This document shows, piece by piece, positions 1-7,804 of a stretch of 32,000 bases of DNA. Under the pieces are notes generated by a model. That model was not told the origin of the DNA, searched no databases, and saw nothing but the letters and a program-made list of their open reading frames with translations. The translations under genes were made by a program, and so were the position numbers. The stretch's first letter is position 1. Every line of letters begins with the position of its first letter. Source of the stretch: Acaryochloris marina MBIC11017 (GTDB taxonomy: Bacteria; Cyanobacteriota; Cyanobacteriia; Thermosynechococcales; Thermosynechococcaceae); the NCBI RefSeq assembly GCF_000018105.1, contig NC_009925.1:3540001-3572000 (forward strand), in the 5' to 3' direction.

Positions 1-204
1 AACGAAACTTCCCCACCACTCAAACTGTCTTCCTTGCAGTTGCCCCCAGAAACGGACGTAGCTTGGATGATGCCCAAAGACTATCGAGAGACGGGGTTAG
101 TGGTGAGACTTGATGGGGCCAACGTCAAAATTGCCGTCAATTCCCTGGTGACGATTCATGCCGACCACAGCATTGAAGTATCGCCTTATCATCCCTTGAC
201 TTAA
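1..204 (+). CDS. 3' end of a CDS that starts upstream of the window; product not recognised
   Basis: Frame 1 is open from nt 1 to the TAA at 202-204 (..LQLPPETDVAWMMPKDYRETGLVVRLDGANVKIAVNSLVTIHADHSIEVSPYHPLT*). I recognise no family motif. Confidence 0.4.
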   Translation, partial: NETSPPLKLSSLQLPPETDVAWMMPKDYRETGLVVRLDGANVKIAVNSLVTIHADHSIEVSPYHPLT

Positions 205-608
205 TGTTTCGGCCCGGCTTCATTCAGCCCAGACTCAACCTCTCATTTCTCCCTCATCAAACTTTTAAGTCAGGCTAATAGCGGCTTTATCAGTCATTTC
301 TACAATCAGAGTTGAACTACAGCCAAGCCCAATGTTATGCGCATGTACTACATTTGTATTACAGGCTCAGGATGCCACTTACCTTGGTCATCAATTCATC
401 CCCGCACTCAGGGACTGAGGGTTTGCCTTCTTTGGCTAATTTTGAACTTTCAATGCGGTCAGACCTAGCGGGAACTGCTAAACAAGGCCCTTGAGTCGGT
501 TTACCTGAAGCATTGTTAACTGATCTTTAGTAACGATTACTCTATGTATCAGTCCACCATGGCCGCTTGGCCAACCTTACCCATCCCAAGGCCATCTCCT
601 CACAATTC

Positions 609-657
609 ATGGCATCTAATTCCCAGCATATTTAGAGATCTGGGAATTAGATGCCAT
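609..657. repeat. Perfect 18-bp inverted repeat (hairpin or operator candidate) upstream of phoD
   Basis: ATGGCATCTAATTCCCAG (609-626) and its exact reverse complement CTGGGAATTAGATGCCAT (640-657) are separated by a 13-nt loop. No T-tract follows. The repeat lies 47 nt upstream of the phoD ATG. Confidence 0.8.
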
Positions 658-703
658 AGCCCTTGGCCCCAGTTCTGTAGCGCTTAACCCAACCAAATAT
701 TTA

Positions 704-2269
704 ATGCTCAATCGACGACAGTTTTTGTTGACGGTGGGGGCAGTTATGGGTCTTGTCGTTCTCAGGGATCAGTCGCCCCCGATCTTGGCTCAGCCCCAAT
801 TTTCTGCCTATCCCTTTAGCCTAGGCGTTGCCTCCGGCGATCCTCGACCCGATAGCGTTGTCCTCTGGACACGGTTAGCCCCTAACCCTTTATCGGGGCA
901 ACCTATGCCTGCGGTTGCTATTCCTGTTCAGTGGCAGATTGCAACGGATGCCCAGATGACCGAGGTGATTCAACAGGGAACGACCCAGGCTACGCCACAA
1001 TGGGGACATTCCGTTCATGTGGTGGCAGACAATTTGTCTCCAAGCCAGTGGTATTGGTATCAATTCCAAGTGGGGTCAGAAACAAGCCCGATTGGTCGAA
1101 CTCGAACCCTGCCGGCCTTGGACACAGACCCTGAGCAGTTAAAGTTTGCGTTTGTGTCTTGCCAGCATTACGAAAAGGGATACTTCACGGCCTATCAACA
1201 TCTCGTTCAAGAAGATTTAGATCTGGTCTTTCACTTGGGGGACTATATCTATGAAGGCGGTCCTCACAAAGGGCGGCCCAGACAACATATAGGGCCTAAC
1301 CCCATCGATCTAGAGACGTATCGTCTACGTTATGCCCTGTACAAAAACGACCCCCAATTGCAGGCCGCCCATGCAGCATTTCCCTTTATCTGCATTTGGG
1401 ATGACCATGAAGTCGATGAAGACTATGCCCAAGACCAGTCCCAAAACTATGATGACCCTAATGTCTTTCGCAAACGTCGATGGGCAGCCTATCAAGCCTA
1501 TTATGAGCATCTGCCGTTACGGCCCACTGCTCAGCCTCAAAACGGCCAAGTCCAACTGTTTCGTCGCTTCCAGTTTGGCCAATTAGCTGAGTTTCATTGC
1601 TTAGATAACCGCCAGTATCGGGACGATCAACCTTGCGCCACTGAGGGAATAGGAGGAGGCGCGATAGTCTCAGCCTGCCAAGACCGTTTAGCGGCTGACC
1701 ATTCCATGCTGGGTAAACCACAAGAGGCTTGGCTGATCCAGGGGCTACAAAACTCTTCCGCTCATTGGCAGGTGATTGCCCAACAACAGCTGATGGCAGA
1801 ACTGAAGTTTGGTCTGGAAACAGTATCTGGGTATTGGACAGATGGCTGGGATGGCTATGCCGCCTCACGCCAACGCATCTTGGATGTTGTTGAGCAACGC
1901 CCCCTGAAAAATGTGGTTGTGATTGGGGGAGACATTCATGCTTTTGGGGTTGCAGATCTAAAGACAAATTTTCAGGATCCTCAGTCCCCTATCATTGGGA
2001 CTGAATTTGTGGGTACCTCCATTAGTTCTACGGGGCTACCGCAGGCGCTCTATTCCCTCAGTCAAAAAATAAATCCTCACATCAAATTTTTGGATACCCG
2101 CCATCGAGGCTATGTCCTTTGTCAGATCACGCGGGAGGTTTGGACTGCCCATTTACGCATCGTTAATTCCGTCGAACAGTCTGAGTCCACTATTCGAACC
2201 CTGGCTTCTTTTCAAGTCAAAAATGGCCAACCTGGAGCCATTCCCATAGAAGCCATGGCAAACCCTTGA
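704..2269 (+). CDS. phoD: PhoD-family alkaline phosphatase/phosphodiesterase, Tat-exported
   Basis: 521-aa ORF. The N-terminus has a twin-arginine signal (MLNRRQFLLTVGAV). It carries the PhoD hallmark FSLGVASGDPRPDSVVLWTRL and the metallophosphatase motifs LGDYIYE and IWDDHEVDED. Confidence 0.9.
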   Translation: MLNRRQFLLTVGAVMGLVVLRDQSPPILAQPQFSAYPFSLGVASGDPRPDSVVLWTRLAPNPLSGQPMPAVAIPVQWQIATDAQMTEVIQQGTTQATPQWGHSVHVVADNLSPSQWYWYQFQVGSETSPIGRTRTLPALDTDPEQLKFAFVSCQHYEKGYFTAYQHLVQEDLDLVFHLGDYIYEGGPHKGRPRQHIGPNPIDLETYRLRYALYKNDPQLQAAHAAFPFICIWDDHEVDEDYAQDQSQNYDDPNVFRKRRWAAYQAYYEHLPLRPTAQPQNGQVQLFRRFQFGQLAEFHCLDNRQYRDDQPCATEGIGGGAIVSACQDRLAADHSMLGKPQEAWLIQGLQNSSAHWQVIAQQQLMAELKFGLETVSGYWTDGWDGYAASRQRILDVVEQRPLKNVVVIGGDIHAFGVADLKTNFQDPQSPIIGTEFVGTSISSTGLPQALYSLSQKINPHIKFLDTRHRGYVLCQITREVWTAHLRIVNSVEQSESTIRTLASFQVKNGQPGAIPIEAMANP

Positions 2270-2281
2270 TATGCGGCTCAC

Positions 2282-2587
2282 TTAAAGCTCAATCTGGCCG
2301 GTTAGCATATCCTTCATCATGGCAAAATCGCCTCGTAGGCTCCACAACGGATAATTGAAGGTGGCTGGCTTGTTCTTCTCAAAAAAGAAATGACCGATCC
2401 AGGCACACCCATAGCCCAGCACGAGAGGCAGGGGCAGATAAATCCAGTTTCTAAGGCTGATCACCGTCAGCAAGGATAGCAGTCCCAGGGTGATCCCTAG
2501 GAGGTGTAACCGCCGACAGATCAGATTTTGGTGTTGAGATAGATAAAAAGGGTAAAACCCTTGAAAGTCACAAAATTCTGGTTGCAT
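2282..2587 (-). CDS. DUF962 / Mpo1-like small membrane protein
   Basis: 101-aa ORF with two hydrophobic segments and the conserved stretch GYGCAWIGHFFFEKNKPATFNYPLWSLRGDFAMM, typical of the DUF962 (YGL010w/Mpo1-like) family. Confidence 0.7.
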   Translation of the reverse strand: MQPEFCDFQGFYPFYLSQHQNLICRRLHLLGITLGLLSLLTVISLRNWIYLPLPLVLGYGCAWIGHFFFEKNKPATFNYPLWSLRGDFAMMKDMLTGQIEL

Positions 2588-2691
2588 GATTGATGTCTAT
2601 CCTCAAGTGAATTGAGAAAAGGAAGTCCCATGGGTCCGGCAGTAAAAGACTGCCTGAAGAGACCTCTCCATAACTGGTTGCAAAAAGTGCC

Positions 2692-2722
2692 TTGACTTAG
2701 AGCATACTCTAACTTTTAAGGT
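2692..2722 (+). promoter_or_regulatory. MerR-type promoter: -35 TTGACT, 19-bp spacer containing a dyad operator, -10 TAAGGT
   Basis: TTGACT (2692-2697), a 19-nt spacer (2698-2716) and TAAGGT (2717-2722). The dyad TTAGAG-CATA-CTCTAA (2697-2712) starts at the last T of the -35 element. This is the geometry and the hexamers of the classical Tn501 merT promoter. The ATG at 2729 lies 7 nt after the -10, which would make the transcript leaderless. Confidence 0.6.
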
Positions 2723-2728
2723 ACAGAT

Positions 2729-3050
2729 ATGGAGCAATCACTCACCATTCAGCAAGTAGCTTCAGCAACGGGACTGAGCACTCACGATGGAAAGTGAGGC
2801 AACTGTGCCCCTCCAACTCTCTGCATAGGGCCAGTAGAACGTATTGACCATCGGATGCTCTCCCGTCCCAGACCTTCGCTCAAGCGTCGATAGCCGACTG
2901 GGTTTGCATAGGTTAAGTTTGGAACACAGATATCTAGTCAGAAGTCTGTATGAAGAGTGGTTCCTCAACAAGCTCAAAAAGAGGCAGATAGGTGATTCGA
3001 TCGCTGATAGCTTGGGCTGGTTAAGTGTTGTTGGAATTTTGAGGATTAGG
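2729..3050 (+). pseudogene. Decayed MerR-family transcriptional regulator (premature stop plus frameshifts)
   Basis: The ATG at 2729 opens MEQSLTIQQVASATGLSTH, a MerR-type HTH N-terminus, and reaches a TGA at 2795-2797 after 22 codons. Other frames downstream hold MerR-like pieces: GPVERIDHRMLS (about 2828-2863) and SPVPDLRSSVDSRLGLHRLSLEH (about 2856-2924), followed by a coiled-coil-like tail. No single frame is intact. Confidence 0.5.
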
Positions 3051-3051
3051 G

Positions 3052-3960
3052 ATGAGCTTACTAGGTAAAAGAGGGTTGTCTGGCATTGTCGCAGGCAGCA
3101 TTTTGAGTGGGCTATGCATTCAACCTGTATGGGCAGGGACGAATTTAACCCGTGCCAAAGTTTATGAATTTGACTCCCAAGTTCAACTTCAGAAAGTAAA
3201 ACAAAAGCCACGCCTTGCCAAAGTCGGTGACGTGATGGTGCCGATGGATATTCTCAAAACGGGGTCGAGTGCTTGGGCCAAGCTGCTGTTTAATGAAGGC
3301 ACCTTGTTTCGGGTTCATTCTAATGCCAAGTTCTTTTTTACCCCCAATACTCGGAGCTTTCAGCTCAAGCATGGATTAGTTTTATCGATGATTCAGCCGG
3401 GGCAGGGAATTACGACGGTGATTACGCCGACGGCCAAAATTGTCGCCTTTGGTACAGCCCTAACGGTTCGCCATGACTCCACCCAAAACTCAACCATCGT
3501 GAGTGCGTTAACTGAAAAAACCGGTCGGCCTATCTTTGTCTCCAATGATGATGGTGCAGGACAGATCAGATTGAAAGCAGGTGAGCAAGTAGAAATTAAA
3601 GATAACGTCGTGGGGCCTGTCCAAACCTTTAGTCTGCCAGCGTTCTATCAAGCCTGTCCGATCAGTTCGGTGTTAGCACCTGACCAAGAACAACTCGTTG
3701 CCCTAGAACCCACGGATGTGCAAACGCCTTTGTTAGTGATTCGAGAGGAAACAGCAGAGGCTGTGGCAAGACAATCTGCATCGCCTGCCGTTTCTACGGC
3801 TGAGTTGGCAGAACTGTGCGCTCCTGTTCCAGAGTTGCCAGAAGAAGAAAAACAGCGACCGAATGGTGGTCCTAGGATTGGTATTGGCGGTTGTATTCCT
3901 TTCCTCACCTGTGGAACCGGTAGACCTAACCCGGTCCGAGTCCCTGGACAAAGACCCTAA
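3052..3960 (+). CDS. Secreted FecR-domain-like protein with a Pro-rich C-terminus
   Basis: 302-aa ORF. It has a signal peptide (..SILSGLCIQPVWAG) and a FecR-like core (VGDVMVPMDILKTGSSAWAKLLFNEGTLFRVHSNAKFFF..GLVLSMI). The family call is tentative. Confidence 0.55.
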   Translation: MSLLGKRGLSGIVAGSILSGLCIQPVWAGTNLTRAKVYEFDSQVQLQKVKQKPRLAKVGDVMVPMDILKTGSSAWAKLLFNEGTLFRVHSNAKFFFTPNTRSFQLKHGLVLSMIQPGQGITTVITPTAKIVAFGTALTVRHDSTQNSTIVSALTEKTGRPIFVSNDDGAGQIRLKAGEQVEIKDNVVGPVQTFSLPAFYQACPISSVLAPDQEQLVALEPTDVQTPLLVIREETAEAVARQSASPAVSTAELAELCAPVPELPEEEKQRPNGGPRIGIGGCIPFLTCGTGRPNPVRVPGQRP

Positions 3961-5210
3961 TTGGGAATCGCGGCTGGTTTGGCTTTGGGTTTGGACTTAA
4001 GGCTATCGATTAATCCGCTATATAGAGCCGTAAACTTTGCTTCCTCCAAGGGTTGGTTGTTGTTCCAGGTGGCAGACACACAATAGGTTTTGCCGTCCTT
4101 GCTTTGCAGTTGAGTGGTGAAATTGAGAACTCCCGGTTCGGATCCACCTTTAAAGGAAATGGTCTGCCAATCTTGAGGACGAGCTAACCCTGGATTAATT
4201 TGGGTCACGGGTAAGTCAGCAACGTTTGCCATCAATTGACAGAGTTCTGTTGTGGTATAAAACCATTCAATTTCTGGAGAAAGGACGCCTGATTCAAAAT
4301 CGGTCACAGAGGAGAGTGGTGCTGACTCACTAAGCAGGGCTTGGCGTTGTTTGGCCTCGGTAGCCAGGAAGCGATCGCGCAATGATACATTTTTCGGATT
4401 CTTGAGTACAAACGCTTCTCGCGTCATCAGAAACGGTGTATTGCGAGGGGAAAGCTTTTCTAAAGCGGGTTTACCCACGAGCTGGATCAGATGGTCCGTG
4501 GCCGTGTTATCACTTTGGGAAATCATCAACGCCGCCAAACTATAGACCGTTAAAGAGGACTTGGCAGGCCAGGTGTGCAAGAACCCAGACGGTAAGCTTT
4601 TTAACTGCGGCTGTAGCTTCACTACCGCATCCCAAGACTGTTGCTTGGCAGCAATCTGGGTCTTCAGTACATTTAGGACGGCCAGCTTAAAGGCAGAACC
4701 AACAGCCAAAGGCTGATCGGGGTTGTGGGACAGCTTGGGGGTTCCATTCTCAAGCACCAATACGCTGACTTTACCGGGTAAGGCTTTAAACGCAGAGGTC
4801 AGATCCTGAGAAGGTTTAGGATGCGCGCGCGGGGCTTGAAACAGTAACCCAGAAATCAACCCTTGCTGGTTAAGCACCAAACGGGTGGGGACAATGCCTT
4901 TTTCAAACACCACCACAAAGCCAGTGCCGTCTTCTCGTACCCCTTGATAAGGGCCGAGTTGCTGCTTCATATTGCTAATAATGGTTTGCACCTGGGGTGC
5001 AGCTACCTGGGACAAAAATGAGGGGGTAAACCAATTGGCTAGAACTACTGAACTGGTAAATAAGCGGGTGAGCATTCGCCCTTGAGGAGTTTGGGGAGCA
5101 GCCTGGGAAGCAGGGACTTGGGGATTGGCATATCCCCTGGGATTGGTTAAAGTTCCTGATGTCGTGATGAACAGACTCAGCAATACAACCAATCGAGTGT
5201 GACGTTTCAT
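3957..5210 (-). CDS. Secreted serine hydrolase with a class A beta-lactamase-like fold
   Basis: 417-aa ORF with a signal peptide. It carries SxxK (GSAFKL), SDN (SQSDNTATDHL) and a KTG-like KGGSEPG motif in the canonical order. An extra N-terminal domain of about 130 aa is present. Confidence 0.7.
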   Translation of the reverse strand: MKRHTRLVVLLSLFITTSGTLTNPRGYANPQVPASQAAPQTPQGRMLTRLFTSSVVLANWFTPSFLSQVAAPQVQTIISNMKQQLGPYQGVREDGTGFVVVFEKGIVPTRLVLNQQGLISGLLFQAPRAHPKPSQDLTSAFKALPGKVSVLVLENGTPKLSHNPDQPLAVGSAFKLAVLNVLKTQIAAKQQSWDAVVKLQPQLKSLPSGFLHTWPAKSSLTVYSLAALMISQSDNTATDHLIQLVGKPALEKLSPRNTPFLMTREAFVLKNPKNVSLRDRFLATEAKQRQALLSESAPLSSVTDFESGVLSPEIEWFYTTTELCQLMANVADLPVTQINPGLARPQDWQTISFKGGSEPGVLNFTTQLQSKDGKTYCVSATWNNNQPLEEAKFTALYSGLIDSLKSKPKAKPAAIPN

Positions 5211-5312
5211 GGATTAAACCTCTGGGTGCCGAACAAATTTCTAATGACAGCAACGGATTCCAACTCCTGAAGTATAATCTTGCCCAACGAGTTGCTGAGA
5301 GTATCAAGGGTT

Positions 5313-6110
5313 ATGGGTGTTGGAATTATTCTGGTGTGTGCTCTCTTCCTGTTGGTGATCTGGCTGGCCTTTCAGCCCAAGCAGGGAGAAACGGCAGCGA
5401 ACTCGCCAGACAAAGACGACCCACCCTATATCCCCCCTCCACCCTCGAAAAAGACTGCTAATTTCTCTGATGATGACTCCAATTTGTCCCCAGATGTACC
5501 GAATGTGGAGCATCTATCTGATTCGCAGGTAGAAAAGTCTTACTTTGATGATGAATCCTCACCTCTTATAGCTGATCCTTCTCTTTTAAATCTCGACGGG
5601 ATAGGCGACGACGGAGACGATGCCTCTAGGCAAGGTCCCATTGTCATTAGTGATGATCTCCGACAGCAGGTTCAACAACTCGTGGCGGCAGGACGTGAGA
5701 TTACCGCAGTTAAAAAGTTGCGGCAACAGGGCATGGAGCTGAATGAAGCTCGACAATACCTGGATGCTTTGCCCACCCCTCCTCCTACCGATGTATTGGG
5801 ACCCTCATCGAGACAGCAAAATTATGAGCAGGTTGAAGCTGAAGTTCGGCGACTCCTGACCCAGGACCAAAAAATTCAGGCCATTAAATATGTTCGTGAG
5901 CAATGGGGCTATGGTCTCAAGGCGGCAAAAGCCTATGTTGAATCCTTGGAGGGAACAAGCAGTCCATCCCAAAATTCAGACGATGTTGATGCAGAGGTTC
6001 GGCTGCTGCTCTCGCAAAACCGCAAAATCGAAGCCATTAAATTGGTGCGTCTGCGATGGGGGTATGACCTCAAGGACGCCAAGAACTATGTGGAGTCTTT
6101 AGGAAGATAA
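5313..6110 (+). CDS. Membrane-anchored protein with three ribosomal L7/L12 C-terminal-domain-like repeats
   Basis: The ORF track starts at a TTG at 5280. The ATG at 5313 (MGVGIILVCALFLLVIWLAF, a TM helix) is the more likely start. An acidic, Pro-rich linker follows. Three roughly 40-aa repeats sit at 5652-5771, 5826-5948 and 5979-6101. Example: KIEAIKLVRLRWGYDLKDAKNYVESL against E. coli L7/L12 [26 protein letters not shown]. Confidence 0.7.
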   Translation: MGVGIILVCALFLLVIWLAFQPKQGETAANSPDKDDPPYIPPPPSKKTANFSDDDSNLSPDVPNVEHLSDSQVEKSYFDDESSPLIADPSLLNLDGIGDDGDDASRQGPIVISDDLRQQVQQLVAAGREITAVKKLRQQGMELNEARQYLDALPTPPPTDVLGPSSRQQNYEQVEAEVRRLLTQDQKIQAIKYVREQWGYGLKAAKAYVESLEGTSSPSQNSDDVDAEVRLLLSQNRKIEAIKLVRLRWGYDLKDAKNYVESLGR

Positions 6111-6131
6111 ATCAGGTTGACTAGCAATCGA

Positions 6132-6806
6132 CTAATCCAGAATTAACTCTCTTTGCTCAATCCGTTGACTGAGCAGTTGCTTATTCCCTTGGGTCACCAC
6201 TAAACGGGCATCCCGCAAGGCTTGAGGATTCGTCTCAATCTTATAGGTCACGTCTCCATTTACGGCTTTATAGGACAAGGCATAGTATTCACCGGTGGTC
6301 TGAGCAGGTAAGACAATCTTCGACCCGGTCTTTTTCTCAATGCCTACGTAGCGATAGTTTCGGTCCGTTTGGCTGGATTGATTCAAACAGATGAAAATCT
6401 GATAGTCGGGGGTATTCATGCTCTCAAATAGATGATCGTTGCCACAGAACTGGCGTGGATTTTGGGAGTTTGCGGCAATGGTCGGTGCTGGAGCAACTAC
6501 ACTGTCTTCCGGGTCGAGATTAGGTGGGGGCTGACTCGAAGGATTGGCGACGGGGGGCAATTGTGCGGGTAAGGGCTGGCTCGGGTTTGTGGCCAAAGGT
6601 TGTTGATCAGGGCTTGTCGTAGGCGCGTTGGCAGGCGGATTCTCGTCTAGTTCTGAAAGTCCGGGAGGTGCAGGGGTGGGGCTGCCTTGGCTCACGGATT
6701 CACTCGGTGTTTCCGGGGGTGGATCGCTCTCTTCTGCAGGTTGAGTACAGGCCGTGATCAGTCCCAAGCTGATGATATAAACCCAGGACAGCCAAAACTT
6801 TTTCAT
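6132..6806 (-). CDS. Lipoprotein with a Pro/Ser/Thr-rich linker; function unknown
   Basis: 224-aa ORF. It has a lipobox signal (MKKFWLSWVYIISLGLITAC), a long proline-rich low-complexity region and a globular C-terminal domain of about 100 aa. Confidence 0.6.
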   Translation of the reverse strand: MKKFWLSWVYIISLGLITACTQPAEESDPPPETPSESVSQGSPTPAPPGLSELDENPPANAPTTSPDQQPLATNPSQPLPAQLPPVANPSSQPPPNLDPEDSVVAPAPTIAANSQNPRQFCGNDHLFESMNTPDYQIFICLNQSSQTDRNYRYVGIEKKTGSKIVLPAQTTGEYYALSYKAVNGDVTYKIETNPQALRDARLVVTQGNKQLLSQRIEQRELILD

Positions 6807-7264
6807 ATTTCATCCAGTGCGCAACCTATCTCTAACCTAGCCTAATCGTAGGGGGATGTAACACAGGCCTTGATGGGTTGAATGCGAATTTGGACTCGAT
6901 TTTGGATTGGCCTTTGCTGTCTAAGTTTTAAACAAAAGATTTAGTGGGCGGGGCGTTTGCTAGTGCTATTAATGAGAGACTTTGTGACTAGCAAAGCGGG
7001 AAACAATGCGTGGGAAGTGACTTTAGCCTGGCGTGAGGTGTTGCAGCTTAATGCTTGAACGGTTAGATGATTCTCTGAGGTCTTGCACACGGTATTTTTA
7101 AGCGTGGATTCACGTATCTAGCACCGATTTACGCTCTCGTTTATGCTAAAAAAGCATTTAAGGTGATATTTGCAGAAATCGAGTTTCAAGGGCTGAGCTG
7201 GCTACCATTTATTTCTCAGCGGCAGAATCAATCATGGGCATAGTAGCTATCATCTGGGAGAAGC

Positions 7265-7804
7265 ATGGGAATGGAAGGCTTTTACTTTATTAGCTATTCC
7301 AAGGTTGATAGCACAGACCTAGCGCGCAAACTGGCTAACGATCTGCAGAGAATACCTCCCTCTATCCCAGTGTGGCTAGAAGAGCGTGAGTGCCAGGGTG
7401 GCATTGACTGGGATGAGCAACTGGTGGAAGCGCTGCGAACCTGTAGTGGCGTTCTGTTTCTGATGACAGCGGACAGCGTTCACCCCAGATCAGAATGCAA
7501 GCGGGAATGGACAAGGGCTTTGCGGTATAAGAAACCCATTATCCCGCTGCTCGTGGAACCCAATGTGGAGATGCCACTCGACAGTATATTGATTTTTCGG
7601 GCGACTATGACCAGGCATTGGCAGCACTGCGTAGCCATCTACAATGGCGCTTGTCGCCTAAAGGGATATTATCTAGTCTTCAAGAACGTCTCTACGATGC
7701 TGAACGGGACTTGCCCAGGGCACCAGATGAAAAGGAACAGGCCCGAATTCAAGATGAGATGGACTCGCTTAGGAAAGAGATTGCTGCGCAGCAGGAGACG
7801 ATAG
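7265..7804 (+). CDS. TIR-domain portion of a frame-broken TIR-NB-ARC-TPR gene
   Basis: An SD-like GGGAGAAG precedes the ATG. The ORF opens with FYFISYSKVDSTDLARKL, contains GVLFLMTADSVHPRSECKREW (candidate catalytic Glu81 at 7505-7507) and then KKPIIPLLVEPNVEMPL. TIR-like sequence ends near 7580. The remainder of this frame up to the stop at 7802-7804 looks like out-of-frame junk. Confidence 0.75.
   Translation: MGMEGFYFISYSKVDSTDLARKLANDLQRIPPSIPVWLEERECQGGIDWDEQLVEALRTCSGVLFLMTADSVHPRSECKREWTRALRYKKPIIPLLVEPNVEMPLDSILIFRATMTRHWQHCVAIYNGACRLKGYYLVFKNVSTMLNGTCPGHQMKRNRPEFKMRWTRLGKRLLRSRRR

Noticed and set aside
312-494. 60-aa ORF in the phoD upstream intergenic region
   Set aside because: It has no RBS and no motif, and its start in the track is non-ATG (TTG). 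It is probably non-coding.
683-690. CTTAACCC, a 7/8 match to the cyanobacterial Pho-box unit CTTAACCT, just upstream of phoD
   Set aside because: Only a single unit is present; the positions 11 and 22 bp upstream do not match. It lies only 14 nt from the start codon, which is incompatible with a -35-replacing activator site unless the mRNA is leaderless.
1458-1967. 169-aa minus-strand ORF, and the other short ORFs inside phoD
   Set aside because: They lie fully antisense to or overlap a strongly supported PhoD CDS. They are typical shadow ORFs.
2762-3211. 149-aa minus-strand ORF
   Set aside because: It lies antisense to the MerR-like remnant and to the start of the FecR-like gene. It has no motifs, an odd composition and no RBS. 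It is most likely a shadow ORF.
7592-7598. The A-TTT-TTC run as a programmed -1 ribosomal frameshift site joining the TIR and STAND frames
   Set aside because: TIR-like sequence in the downstream frame (RQYIDF) already starts at 7579, upstream of the T-run, so the frame change must occur before it. The heptamer is also not a canonical X XXY YYZ in the incoming frame.
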